From: Archangium sp.
Lineage (GTDB): Bacteria > Myxococcota > Myxococcia > Myxococcales > Myxococcaceae
Length of the DNA stretch: 41,714 nucleotides
NCBI GenBank assembly: GCA_031367385.1
Contig: JANLPS010000503.1
Location: forward strand, 1 to 41,714
Direction: 5' to 3'
The notes below the pieces were generated by a model. That model was not told where the DNA came from, made no database searches, and was given only the letters and a program-made list of their open reading frames with translations. Numbering within the stretch: position 1 is the first letter of the stretch; each line of letters begins with the position of its first letter. The position numbers and the translations under genes are program-made. Shown here in pieces: positions 8,369-17,624 of the stretch.

Positions 8369-10024
8369 TCACCCGCCTCGAAGCTTCACGCCCGACACGG
8401 TCGCCTGAATCTCATCGCGCTCCGCCACCGTAATCTTGACCGCATCGCCAACCCGTACATCGCCCGCGGCGCGCACCACGCGCCCATCGGGCAATTGCAC
8501 CAGCGCATACCCACGCGCCAACACCCGCAGCGGGCTCAGCGCATCCAACCGCCCCGCGCTCGATCTCAGCCGCTCCTGTTCGCGAGCCAATTGCCGGCGA
8601 GGCCACGCGTTGAGCCGGTCTGCCAGGTGGCCGAGGGCCTGGCGCTCTCGCAGCACCTCCGGCGACGGAGAGGCCCGATGAAACTCCATCACGCTGCGGT
8701 TGAACGACTCGCGTTCTCCCCGCAGCTGGGTGCGAACCACCGCCAGCAGCCGCGCCGACAACGACTCGAGCTCGGCCCGTCGAACCTTCAGCTGATCTTG
8801 CGGCCTGGCCCGCTGCAAGCGCACCGCAAGTGCCCGTACCTGCTCTCGATTCGCGCGCACCGACCGTCGCAGCACACGGGCCATTCGCTCGGCGGAGTCG
8901 CTGAACCGCAGCCGGTACTGGGTCAGCGTTCTGCGCGGGTCGGTCATCTTCGCGCCCAGGGCTCGCAGCGCGTTTCGCTCGTGCAGCAGTCTGCGGTCGA
9001 AGGCTCGCCGCAGCCGGGCCTGCGCATTCGCCAGCCCCACCGTCAGGTCGGCCAGCACCGGTGCCACTGCCTCGGCCGCCGCGCTCGGAGTCGGCGCGCG
9101 AACATCTGCGACCAAATCAGCCAGGGTCGTGTCGATCTCATGACCCACCGCCGACACCACCGGTACCCGGCTCGCGAAAATCGCCCGGGCAATCGGCTCT
9201 TCATTGAACGCCCACAAATCGTCGACCGACCCACCACCCCGGGTCACGACCAGCACGTCGACGTCGACTCGCTGAAACCACCGAATCGCTCTCGCGACCT
9301 CGTACCCGGCGCCTTCACCCTGCACCCGCGCGTCGCACACCACCACCGACAGCCGGGGGTGCCGCCGGTGCAGCACCTTCAAGAAATCGCGCAGCGCCGC
9401 GCCGCTGATACTGGTCACCACGCCGATTCGCTTCGGCAACATCGGCAGCGGTCGCCTGGGCCGGGTGCGCCGCTCGCCAATCAGGCCCTCGGCTGAGAGC
9501 TTCTGCTTCAACTCCTCGAAAGCAAGCGCCCGCGCCCCAACGCCCTCGGGCTCGATTCGCTGCGCGATGACGCTGTACCGGCCCTGCGGCTCGTAGACGT
9601 TGATGGCCCCTTCGACGACCACCGACAACCCGTCTCGCAGCGCGAACTTGAGCAGCCGCGCCGTGCTCTGCCAGATGCGCACCTCAATCGAGGCAAACTG
9701 ATCTTTGATCGAAAAATATAGGTGCCCGCGCGTGTTCGGCCCGCGAAAACCCGAGACCTCGCCACGCACCAGCACCCGCGTCAGGGCCGGCTCGAGCAGC
9801 TCCTTGACCTGCGCGGTGAGCTCGGAGACCGAGACCACCTTCCGCTCCACCACCGGGCGCCGCCAGGCCGGTTGCGGGGGAGCGGGCGGATCCAGCGGCG
9901 TCCGCTCCGAAGGCAGCAACGCCGGCGCCTCGACCACCACCGGCATCGCTTCGACCTTTGGCTCGACCTTGACCTCGGGAACCGCAGCAGCGGGAGCCGA
10001 ACCGAACAAATCGCCCTGCTTCAT
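8369..10024 (-). CDS. xseA: Exodeoxyribonuclease VII large subunit, with Pro-rich N-extension and long coiled coil
   Basis: SVSELT, GEVSGF..GHLYFSIKD, IGVVTSISGAALRD, RGGGSVDDLWAFNEE, SAVGHEIDTTLADLVADVRAPTPSAAAE, LSPLRVLARGYA. Confidence 0.97.
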   Translation of the reverse strand: MKQGDLFGSAPAAAVPEVKVEPKVEAMPVVVEAPALLPSERTPLDPPAPPQPAWRRPVVERKVVSVSELTAQVKELLEPALTRVLVRGEVSGFRGPNTRGHLYFSIKDQFASIEVRIWQSTARLLKFALRDGLSVVVEGAINVYEPQGRYSVIAQRIEPEGVGARALAFEELKQKLSAEGLIGERRTRPRRPLPMLPKRIGVVTSISGAALRDFLKVLHRRHPRLSVVVCDARVQGEGAGYEVARAIRWFQRVDVDVLVVTRGGGSVDDLWAFNEEPIARAIFASRVPVVSAVGHEIDTTLADLVADVRAPTPSAAAEAVAPVLADLTVGLANAQARLRRAFDRRLLHERNALRALGAKMTDPRRTLTQYRLRFSDSAERMARVLRRSVRANREQVRALAVRLQRARPQDQLKVRRAELESLSARLLAVVRTQLRGERESFNRSVMEFHRASPSPEVLRERQALGHLADRLNAWPRRQLAREQERLRSSAGRLDALSPLRVLARGYALVQLPDGRVVRAAGDVRVGDAVKITVAERDEIQATVSGVKLRGG

Positions 10025-11730
10025 TTGTTCTGCAGCTCGGCCAACCGGGCGTCGGCCTTCTGGTGAAACTCGTCGTCCTTCGGGGTCATCGACAGCACCT
10101 CCTTGAACAACCGCGCCGCCTCGTCAGGCGTGCTGTCTCGCAGCTGATAGCCCCGCAAATACACGTCTCTGGCCTGGTTTCGCGCCTCCGAGAGCAAATT
10201 CAACGCCCCCGGGTGCGTCGGCTCGGCCTGCAGCACTCGGCGCGAGTTGTCGATGGCTTTGGCCCAGTTGCCAGTGGTCTTCGCCTGCGAGGCCTTCAGG
10301 TAAAATGAAGCCGCGACCCGAGTGCGAATCTGCTTCGACAGCTCGCTCGATTGCCCACCGGCGATCTTCCGGTCGAGCTCGAAGAGGGCGAACAGATCAC
10401 CATCTGGCAGCTGCTCGAGGCTCTTGAGCTTCGTGTTGAACTCTTTGATCTCCGACTCGAGCGTGCGGCACTGCGCCTGCTTGGTGGCACAGGCCTCGGC
10501 CAGTGAGAGCGCTCCCGACGCGTCACCCGACCGAAACCGATTGTGCACTTCGACCCAGGGCGTCTCGACTACGGCCGCCGCCACACTCGGGTTGCGAAGC
10601 CGCGCCATCGTCGCCTCGGCCTGCCGCTTGAGCTCGATCGCCTCGCGGTCTTCAGGCTTGGCGATCAACAGGTCATCAGCGATCGCCTTGACCTGCTCGA
10701 GCTTCGTCATCTCGGCCGGCGGCGCCAACAACCCGCGCGCTTGGGCCGCCTTCGCCACCATTCGCGCCTCGAGCTGCTCTACCAGCGCCGCCCGCAGCGC
10801 CTCGCTCGGCCCCAGCGTGTTCTGCACCTTGGCCAGCGCCACCGAAGCCGCCCCCACTTCGCCTGCTTTGATCGCTTCGGCCGCCGCGTGCAACGCCTCT
10901 TGATTCGGCAGCTCGAGGTCGGCGCGCTCGATGTACTGCTTCACCGATTGCGCTTCGTAGTCAGGCTCGTCTTCTTGGAGCTGCAACAGCACCTGCTTGG
11001 CCTCGGCCCACTTGCCGTCACGGGCGAGCCGCTTGGCCTCTTGAAATTGCGCGTCCATCTCCTGCTGGTGTTGCGCTTCGACCTGATTCTGCTTGGTCAC
11101 CTGCAGCTTCTTCTTGTTGTCGATCGCCTTCCACCCGACCCCGATCGCCATCACGATCGCCAGCACTCCGCCAAAGCGAATCAGCACCTTGCGCAGGCTG
11201 CTCGGAGCATTCGCTGCCGGGCCCGTGCCGCGACGAACCACCCGCGCTGGCCGCTCACGACGCGCAGGCAGGTCGCTGTTTCGCGCCGTGCGCACCGGAG
11301 CGCGCCGCGAAGGCGCCAGCTCCTTCGGCGCATCATCGATCGGCTCGAGCACCGCCGCGGTCGCAGAGGTGTTGACGAAGGTGAATTCACTGTCACCCAT
11401 GCCGAGCACGTCGTTGTTCGCAAGCTGCGTCTCGTCGAAGATCTCGGCGCCGTTGAGGGTCGTGCCGTTGCCCGAGCCCAGGTCGAGCACCGCCCAGCCA
11501 TCGTCGGTCTTGCGCAGCGTGGCATGCCGCCGAGACATCGAGGTGTCTGCCACCGAGATCGTCGCCTCGGGAGATCGCCCGATGACCATCTCGTCACCCA
11601 CCAATGGGTACTCCTGATCTTTGGCCGGGCCCACGGTACACACCAGGCTCGAGCCTGACGCCGCCGGCGCCGCCCCCCGCCGCTTCACCGGCGGCCTTCG
11701 CTTCGATGGAGGGCTCCCCGTGCTCGCCAT
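10021..11730 (-). CDS. FHA-domain membrane protein with C-terminal TPR-like region (Tad/Kil-associated)
   Basis: FHA residues IGR..SRRHA..DLGSGNGT; one TM (FGGVLAIVMAIGVGW); helical repeats; follows tadC; ATGA overlap with xseA. Confidence 0.85.
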   Translation of the reverse strand: MASTGSPPSKRRPPVKRRGAAPAASGSSLVCTVGPAKDQEYPLVGDEMVIGRSPEATISVADTSMSRRHATLRKTDDGWAVLDLGSGNGTTLNGAEIFDETQLANNDVLGMGDSEFTFVNTSATAAVLEPIDDAPKELAPSRRAPVRTARNSDLPARRERPARVVRRGTGPAANAPSSLRKVLIRFGGVLAIVMAIGVGWKAIDNKKKLQVTKQNQVEAQHQQEMDAQFQEAKRLARDGKWAEAKQVLLQLQEDEPDYEAQSVKQYIERADLELPNQEALHAAAEAIKAGEVGAASVALAKVQNTLGPSEALRAALVEQLEARMVAKAAQARGLLAPPAEMTKLEQVKAIADDLLIAKPEDREAIELKRQAEATMARLRNPSVAAAVVETPWVEVHNRFRSGDASGALSLAEACATKQAQCRTLESEIKEFNTKLKSLEQLPDGDLFALFELDRKIAGGQSSELSKQIRTRVAASFYLKASQAKTTGNWAKAIDNSRRVLQAEPTHPGALNLLSEARNQARDVYLRGYQLRDSTPDEAARLFKEVLSMTPKDDEFHQKADARLAELQNK

Positions 11731-11733
11731 GCG

Positions 11734-12618
11734 CTACCCGCCCGCCCCGTTGAACATGAACGCGAACACGATCGGCCCGAACAGAATCATGAACACCGTG
11801 GGAAAAATGCACGCGATGAGGGGGAACAACATCTTGACCGGCGCCTCGTTGGCCAACTTTTCGGCGCGTTGCGTTCGCTCGATTCGCAGCTGGGTCGATT
11901 GAATGCGCAGCACTTTGCCGAGGCTGGTACCCATCTTGTCGGCCTGAATCAACGCGGTCACGAACTGAGTCAGCGACGGCAGGTCGACCCTTGCGATCAT
12001 CGCCTTGAGCGCCTCTTCGCGGGTCTTGCCCATCTTGAGCTGCTTGAGCACCAACCCCAGCTCGTCACGCAGCGGGCCGCCCTTGCCTTTGCGAACCACC
12101 GTGTCGAGCGCCGCGGTGAAGTCGAGCCCGGCTTCGACCGACAGAGTCAGCAAGTCCAAGTTGAAGGGCAGCGCTCGGGTGATCGCCAGGTGACGCTTGG
12201 TGACGTGATCATTCGCCCAGATCAGCGGGTAGAGGCCGCCCAACACCCCGCCCGCCAGGCCCCAGGCCAGGTTCTGCTCGAAGGCATTCGCGGCGATCAG
12301 GCCGAACATCAGGCCGACCAGAAACCCGATCTCCTGCAGCGCCATGATGTCTTCAGGCGAGTACGCCTGCGGAGAACCCCCGCGAATCAAGATCTTGCGA
12401 ATTCGGTCTTCGTACGCCGGCCACATCAGCTTGCGGTTGATGATGCCCAGCCGCTTGACCACCACGTTGCCCGCGCCCGACGCACCGCCGCCCGACTCGT
12501 TCTTCACCTCGATGATGAACTGCTCGAGCAAGGTCGTGTAGAGGCCCATCGACAAAAAGGCCATCGCCGCGGCCGCACCAGCCGCTGACACCACCAACAG
12601 AACGTTCGTCACTTCCAC
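11734..12618 (-). CDS. tadC: Tad pilus inner-membrane platform protein TadC (T2SSF family)
   Basis: LPFNLDLLTLSVEAGLDF, GTSLGKVLRIQS, AEKLANEAPVKMLFPL. Confidence 0.9.
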   Translation of the reverse strand: MEVTNVLLVVSAAGAAAAMAFLSMGLYTTLLEQFIIEVKNESGGGASGAGNVVVKRLGIINRKLMWPAYEDRIRKILIRGGSPQAYSPEDIMALQEIGFLVGLMFGLIAANAFEQNLAWGLAGGVLGGLYPLIWANDHVTKRHLAITRALPFNLDLLTLSVEAGLDFTAALDTVVRKGKGGPLRDELGLVLKQLKMGKTREEALKAMIARVDLPSLTQFVTALIQADKMGTSLGKVLRIQSTQLRIERTQRAEKLANEAPVKMLFPLIACIFPTVFMILFGPIVFAFMFNGAGG

Positions 12619-12634
12619 TTGGGTTTCGAGGCCT

Positions 12635-13480
12635 TTAGATATCGATGTTGGTAATTCGCCGAATGATCAGCACGCCCATCACTTCCATCACCATGATCAC
12701 CGCCACGAGGATGTACCCGAAGATGTGGTCGAGCATCGGCTGCATCAGGTCAGGCCGCATGTAGTTGAGCACGATGCCAAGAATCAACGGCATCGCCGAC
12801 ACCACCCACCCCTGCAACTTGCCCTGCGCCGTCAGCGCGTCGATCTTGCCCTCGAGGCGAAAGCGCTCGCGAATGGTGGTCGATAGGGTCTCGTACATCT
12901 CGGCCATGTTGCCGCCCAGCTGCCGCGCGATGTTGGTCGACACCGCCACCAGGTCGAGATCGTCTGACCCCACCCGCTTCGCCATGTTCAGCAGCGCCTC
13001 GTCGGGCTGCACGCCCAGCTTGAGCTCCTTGACGAACAGGCCGAACTCCTGGCTCAGCGGCACCGGCGCGTCTTTCGAGATCTGCTCCATCGCTTGCTGA
13101 AAAGTCAGGCCCGCCTTGAGCGCGTTCGACATCGCCTGCAGCGCGTCAACCAGCTGGGTGTTGAACTTCTTGATGCGCCGTACCCGGTAGTGCTTCACCG
13201 TCATCATCGGCAAGAAGAAGCCGAAGATGGTCAGCCCCACCGCGACCAAGGGGTTCACCACGAAGTAGCCGAACAGCCCCAAGAAACACATCGAGGCCAC
13301 GTTGAGCGCCAGCATCTGCCGCGGGTCGATGAACAAGAACATGTCGCTCAAGTCGTTCATCGACTTGACGATGTAGCGCTCCTGGTACTGCTCGTAGGCC
13401 TTCGCGAGCACGCCGAACACCACGATGCTCAAGAAGAACACGAAGCCGGTCATCAGCAGCGCGACGAGACCCTCGAGCAT
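12635..13480 (-). CDS. tadB: Tad pilus inner-membrane platform protein TadB (T2SSF family)
   Basis: QLVDALQAMSNALKAG, GGNMAE, IRERFRLEGKIDALTAQGKLQG followed by two TMs. Confidence 0.9.
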   Translation of the reverse strand: MLEGLVALLMTGFVFFLSIVVFGVLAKAYEQYQERYIVKSMNDLSDMFLFIDPRQMLALNVASMCFLGLFGYFVVNPLVAVGLTIFGFFLPMMTVKHYRVRRIKKFNTQLVDALQAMSNALKAGLTFQQAMEQISKDAPVPLSQEFGLFVKELKLGVQPDEALLNMAKRVGSDDLDLVAVSTNIARQLGGNMAEMYETLSTTIRERFRLEGKIDALTAQGKLQGWVVSAMPLILGIVLNYMRPDLMQPMLDHIFGYILVAVIMVMEVMGVLIIRRITNIDI

Positions 13481-13484
13481 TGCC

Positions 13485-14294
13485 TTACTCTTCCTTCTTG
13501 TTGTCCGAGCCGGTGCCGCGAATGATCTGAATCGTATTGAACCGAATCTCCTGCAGCTTCTTCGCGCGCTCGCCCGAGAGCAGGGTGTCGATGGTCACGT
13601 GGCTGCGATCTTCGATGTTGCTGATGTCTTCTTCATTACGCAGCGTCAGCGTCAGCGAGCCGAGCTCACGGGCCAGCACCAACAGCTCGACCTCGTCGGC
13701 GTACACCTGCAACGTCACGTCGCCGTAGGTGCGCGCGTTGTCGGGCAGGAGGTTCACGTTGGTGGTGCCGGTGATCTTGCCGGTCGCCAGCACGATGATG
13801 TTCTGCATCAGGGTCACCGCCACCGCTTCGTTGGTCTTCGGGTCTTTGAAGGTGCCCACCACGTCGACGTGATCGTTGGGCCGCACCCAACCGCCCACCG
13901 CCGTCACGCCCTTGGCCTCGATTGAAATCGCGCGGCCCTTCTTCAAAATCTTGGTCGAGAGCCGCTCAGCCGCGCGCGTCGTCTCGAACTGGCTCCACAG
14001 CAACGGGTCGCCAGCCTGCAGCGCCACCAACACCTTCTGGTTGATCACGTAGGGCGCGTTGTCGGGCTTGATCACCGACGAGGTGACGAACTGCTCGGGC
14101 ACCTGCCGCTGTGAAATCATCTCCATGGTCACCACAGACCCCTCGGAGATCTCCACCGCCGCCACGACCACCGGCACCAGGTTCCACCCTTTGCGAACGT
14201 CTGACTCTTTCTTCTTCAACGCAGACCAGGCCACGATGCCTGCGAACACGCCGAGTGCGACGGCTACCAGAAGCGGGGTCTTGCCCTTAAGCAT
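13485..14294 (-). CDS. cpaB: Flp pilus assembly protein CpaB/RcpC (SAF domain)
   Basis: N-terminal TM, VVVAAVEISEG (SAF), GRAISI..VGGWVRPNDHVDV, VLATG, LTLTLRNEED; GGAG RBS upstream. Confidence 0.9.
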   Translation of the reverse strand: MLKGKTPLLVAVALGVFAGIVAWSALKKKESDVRKGWNLVPVVVAAVEISEGSVVTMEMISQRQVPEQFVTSSVIKPDNAPYVINQKVLVALQAGDPLLWSQFETTRAAERLSTKILKKGRAISIEAKGVTAVGGWVRPNDHVDVVGTFKDPKTNEAVAVTLMQNIIVLATGKITGTTNVNLLPDNARTYGDVTLQVYADEVELLVLARELGSLTLTLRNEEDISNIEDRSHVTIDTLLSGERAKKLQEIRFNTIQIIRGTGSDNKKEE

Positions 14295-14365
14295 GAATAA
14301 GTGACTCCAAAGCGAGCGCGCGACTTAACGGTTTTCGTCGAGGGAGCGCTCGAAGATGCTAGCGA

Positions 14366-14405
14366 ATTGAGAGCGGTGTGTCTCAATGTAGCCCGCGTGC
14401 CTACA
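14366..14405. promoter_or_regulatory. Two abutting inverted repeats upstream of cpaB (candidate operator sites)
   Basis: ATTGAGA-N8-TCTCAAT (14366-14387) and TGTAG-N9-CTACA (14387-14405) in the 145-bp gap between anti-sigma and cpaB. Confidence 0.35.
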
Positions 14406-14439
14406 CCAGGCCACATCGTACTGAAGCAAGCACCCGAAA

Positions 14440-15870
14440 TCACCGCTTGCTGGCGGGAGCAGCTTGCTTCGGAGCATTGAGCTCGGCGGGCTGCTGGTCT
14501 GACGTCTGCCGAGTCGGCGCGGCCTTCTTCTTCGCCATCTTGCTGGCAGAGGGTTCGGCGCTTCGGCGCTGCACCATCTGCTTCGAGGCGGTGGTCTGGC
14601 CAAACTCCTGAGCCAAGGCGTCACAGTAAGGCTGCGCCTGGTCGGGCTCGCCCATCGCGTCATAGGCATCGCAGACCCGCTTGAGCGACTCGGCCCGCTG
14701 CGCCCCCTGCGCTCCGGAGCTGAGAATCGACAGGCACTCTTTGATTTCGGCCTGGCGATCGCCACGGGTATTGGCCGCGCGCGCCATCGACAGCTGGTCT
14801 TCGAACACCTTGCCGACGCGTGAGCGCACCGCTTGTCTCTCATCGTCGGAGGCAGCCGCCGTGTCCAACCCCAGGCCCTCTTCGCGATCTCGCTTCGATT
14901 CGAGCTTGTTGCCCGTGGCGGTGCCGGGTGAGGCGACTCCGCCGCCCTTGGTGCCCAGGTTCATGCTCGGCTTCTTCAGCACCGGCGAAGGAGAAGGAGG
15001 CGGCTTCGCGGAGTATTGCTCGGCCATCGGCGTCTCGGGTTCGCCCTGAGCGTACCCTTGCGCGAGACCCCCGACCGCTTCGCCCTCCAACGATTTCTTG
15101 TCATTGTTCGCCGGCGCATCTTTGAGCGACCTCGCGCCACCCTTCGGCACCGCCGCGCTCGAGCCGCGCAGGCCGAACAAACCATCTGAAGGCTGCGGCT
15201 TGGCTTCGACGATCTTCGACGGCTGCGCATCGGCCCGGCTCTTTTTCCGGTCGATGCCCGCGCCAGAGTTCATCGAAGCATAGGCGTCGAACTCGTCTCC
15301 ATTGGCGGTCTTCGGGGCTGGCGTGGCCGGCACCACTGTCGCCGCCTTGGGGCCCATGACCGCGTCGATCACCTTCGACTGCTCTTTTTCGGCCGCTGCC
15401 AGCTCGCGCTTCGCCAACTCTTCAGTGACCGCCGCTTCTTTCTCTTTCGGCGCCACCGCGACCACCACGGGGGCCGGCGCCTGCTCCTGTTTCTTGAACG
15501 CCACACCCGACACGTCGGGCGGCGCCATTTCGCTGGCTCGAATCGCGACCACACCCACCGTGGTCAGGGCCATCACCGTCGAGAGCGGTATCAGCAGCTT
15601 TCGCCACAGCGGCACCAGGCGCTTCGGCTTCGCGTTGTTCTTGGCGTGCTGGTCGGCGTACGCGAGCAGCGATTCGAGGCCCGCCATCGGCGCGGGCTCG
15701 ACTGGCAGGGCCCGCATCTGCGAGCGCACCGAGGTGATGTTCGAGAGCGACTCCGAGCACTTGCTGCACCCACGAACATGCGCGTCGACCGCCTCCGCCT
15801 CATGCGGTTGCAGCTCGCCGTACGCAAAATCGAGGAGCTTGTCCTCGAACTGGTGCACTCCCGGTTTCAT
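14440..15870 (-). CDS. zf-HC2 anti-sigma factor with TM, low-complexity linker and C-terminal TPR-like domain
   Basis: HVRGCSKC (HxxxCxxC), TM LIPLSTVMALTTVGVVAI; directly downstream of the ECF sigma. Confidence 0.88.
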   Translation of the reverse strand: MKPGVHQFEDKLLDFAYGELQPHEAEAVDAHVRGCSKCSESLSNITSVRSQMRALPVEPAPMAGLESLLAYADQHAKNNAKPKRLVPLWRKLLIPLSTVMALTTVGVVAIRASEMAPPDVSGVAFKKQEQAPAPVVVAVAPKEKEAAVTEELAKRELAAAEKEQSKVIDAVMGPKAATVVPATPAPKTANGDEFDAYASMNSGAGIDRKKSRADAQPSKIVEAKPQPSDGLFGLRGSSAAVPKGGARSLKDAPANNDKKSLEGEAVGGLAQGYAQGEPETPMAEQYSAKPPPSPSPVLKKPSMNLGTKGGGVASPGTATGNKLESKRDREEGLGLDTAAASDDERQAVRSRVGKVFEDQLSMARAANTRGDRQAEIKECLSILSSGAQGAQRAESLKRVCDAYDAMGEPDQAQPYCDALAQEFGQTTASKQMVQRRSAEPSASKMAKKKAAPTRQTSDQQPAELNAPKQAAPASKR

Positions 15871-15875
15871 AGTCG

Positions 15876-16514
15876 CTAAGCCACTGTCCTTCCGTCGCTG
15901 CTGGTGACGGCATCGGCCTCGATGCCAGCTTCATTCAATCGCTTGCGCAAGCCTTCGAGCGCGTACCGCATTCTGCTCTTCGCCGTGTTCTCGTTCACGC
16001 CAACCACCTCGGCGATCTCCTTGAAAGCAATGCCTTGGTATTCACGAAGCAAGAACACTTCACGCTGTTCTTCCGGGAGCGACTCCAGCGCCCGTTCGAT
16101 CAGCGGCCTGACCCGCAAACTTTCGGCCCCGCGGTCGGGAGCCATCGCCCCTTCATCACCCACCAAATCGCCCAGCGATCGATCGGTGTCATCACCCAAG
16201 GGTGCGTCGAGCGACGCTGTTTTTCGAAAGGCCTCTTTTCGCGTGGCATCGACGCACAGGTTTCTCGCGACCGTGAACAGGTAGGTCGTGAACTTCGCCG
16301 TGGGTGAGTAGCCAGCGCTGTTTCGAATCACTTTGAGCCACGTCTCCTGCAAAATGTCCTCGGCCCGTTGCCGATGGAGCACATAGCGGAGGATGAAGTT
16401 GAAGACCGTTTGACGGTGCCGTTGCACGAGCGTCGAAAACGCTCCGGCATCACCCGACTTGTAGGCGAGCATCAGCTGCTCGTCGGAAGTCTGCGGACCC
16501 AACCAAAACCCCAT
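15876..16514 (-). CDS. ECF RNA polymerase sigma-70 factor
   Basis: SDEQLM, AEDILQETWL, FTTYLFTVARNLCVD, LPEEQREVFLLR..FKEIAEVVG..TAKSRMRYA. Confidence 0.95.
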   Translation of the reverse strand: MGFWLGPQTSDEQLMLAYKSGDAGAFSTLVQRHRQTVFNFILRYVLHRQRAEDILQETWLKVIRNSAGYSPTAKFTTYLFTVARNLCVDATRKEAFRKTASLDAPLGDDTDRSLGDLVGDEGAMAPDRGAESLRVRPLIERALESLPEEQREVFLLREYQGIAFKEIAEVVGVNENTAKSRMRYALEGLRKRLNEAGIEADAVTSSDGRTVA

Positions 16515-16562
16515 TCTGTCGCCTGGCTCGAACGCGCGACGGCGCGTGGTGATCTAACTGAA

Positions 16563-16970
16563 TTAAAGGTCTCGGCGGCGACGGTAAGTTACGAGAATGA
16601 CAGGCACACCTACCAAAGTCACCACCGCAGCTTGCCCCAACAGCACCGGCGGCAAGAGCTGCTGCAGGTGAATGAACAGGCTCCGGCCCAGCCCCAGGCC
16701 CAGCAAGACACCGGTCAGGCTGCGCCACAGATTGAACCCCACGCCCGGTGCAAAACGCCCATAGGCCCAGTCGAGCGTCGCCGGCAGCACCAACCCAACG
16801 CCCACCGGGAGGTCGAGGGGGTGCGAGAGCGGCGCGTGGGTCGCGAATTGAAAGAGCAGCATCGCCAGCAGCACCGGGTAGGTGCCCAGGCATCGCGCAC
16901 AGACGTGGAGCGCGCCGAAGCAATAGCAGCGAGCGTACTCCTCGGGAAAGTGGTGGCTGAGCCAGAACAC
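16563..16970 (-). CDS. DUF2085-like membrane protein (putative metal-binding)
   Basis: HH..RC..VCARCLGTY motif followed by TM helices with LDW and RSLTG. Confidence 0.7.
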   Translation of the reverse strand: MFWLSHHFPEEYARCYCFGALHVCARCLGTYPVLLAMLLFQFATHAPLSHPLDLPVGVGLVLPATLDWAYGRFAPGVGFNLWRSLTGVLLGLGLGRSLFIHLQQLLPPVLLGQAAVVTLVGVPVILVTYRRRRDL

Positions 16971-16976
16971 GGGTCG

Positions 16977-17621
16977 CTACTCCACCACGAACTGACCGGC
17001 TCGCATCACCTTGATGCGGTCAGCCAGGTAACGAACCACGTCGAGGTCGTGGGAGATGAAGATCAGCGACAGGTGTCGCTCGGCTTTGAGCTGGTTCAAC
17101 AGGTTGAGCACCTGCGCCTGCACCGAAACATCGAGCGCGCTGACCGGCTCATCGAGCACCAGCACCTTGGGTTCGAGCGCGAGCGCGCGTGCCAGGTTGA
17201 CGCGTTGGCGCTGGCCCGCCGAGAGCTCGTGCGGGCGCCGGGTCGACAGGCTTGGCGAGAGCTGCACCGACTCGAGCAACGCCGCGACCCGCGCGGCTCG
17301 ACCGGGCAGGTGGTGAATCGCCATCGGCTCATCGAGTGAGCGGCCGATGCTCCAGTGGGGGTCGAGCGCGCTCGAGGCATCTTGAAAGACGGGTTGAATC
17401 AGGCGCCGCGCCTGCGCCACCGGTTGGCCTTCGATCAACACCTGGCCCGACGCGAGGGGCACCAGGCCCACCAGCGCCTTCGCCAGCGACGATTTGCCCG
17501 CGCCCGAGTCGCCCACGATGCCCAGCACCTCGCCCGATGACAGCGTGAGCGACACGTTGCGAACCGCGTCTTTGCCACCGAAGTGCACCGACACATCGGT
17601 GGCTGTGAGGAGCTCGCGCAT
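16977..17621 (-). CDS. Oligopeptide/dipeptide ABC transporter ATPase (OppF/DppF-like, short)
   Basis: GDSGAGKS, VFQD, LSAGQRQR, LDEPVSALDVSVQAQVLNLL, ISHDL; lacks the C-terminal HPY extension. Confidence 0.92.
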   Translation of the reverse strand: MRELLTATDVSVHFGGKDAVRNVSLTLSSGEVLGIVGDSGAGKSSLAKALVGLVPLASGQVLIEGQPVAQARRLIQPVFQDASSALDPHWSIGRSLDEPMAIHHLPGRAARVAALLESVQLSPSLSTRRPHELSAGQRQRVNLARALALEPKVLVLDEPVSALDVSVQAQVLNLLNQLKAERHLSLIFISHDLDVVRYLADRIKVMRAGQFVVE

Positions 17622-17624
17622 GCG

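Noticed and set aside
6552..9496. Long alternative ORFs (6552-8267, 7355-8284, 8288-9496) and similar Arg/Pro-rich ORFs elsewhere
   Set aside because: Typical stop-poor shadow frames of GC-rich genes; no motifs, and they overlap well-supported CDSs
14395..14415. Sigma-54 promoter for cpaB
   Set aside because: TGGCCTGGTGTAGGC has GG-N10-GC spacing but no TTGC, and the nearby GGCACG lacks a -12 GC; too weak
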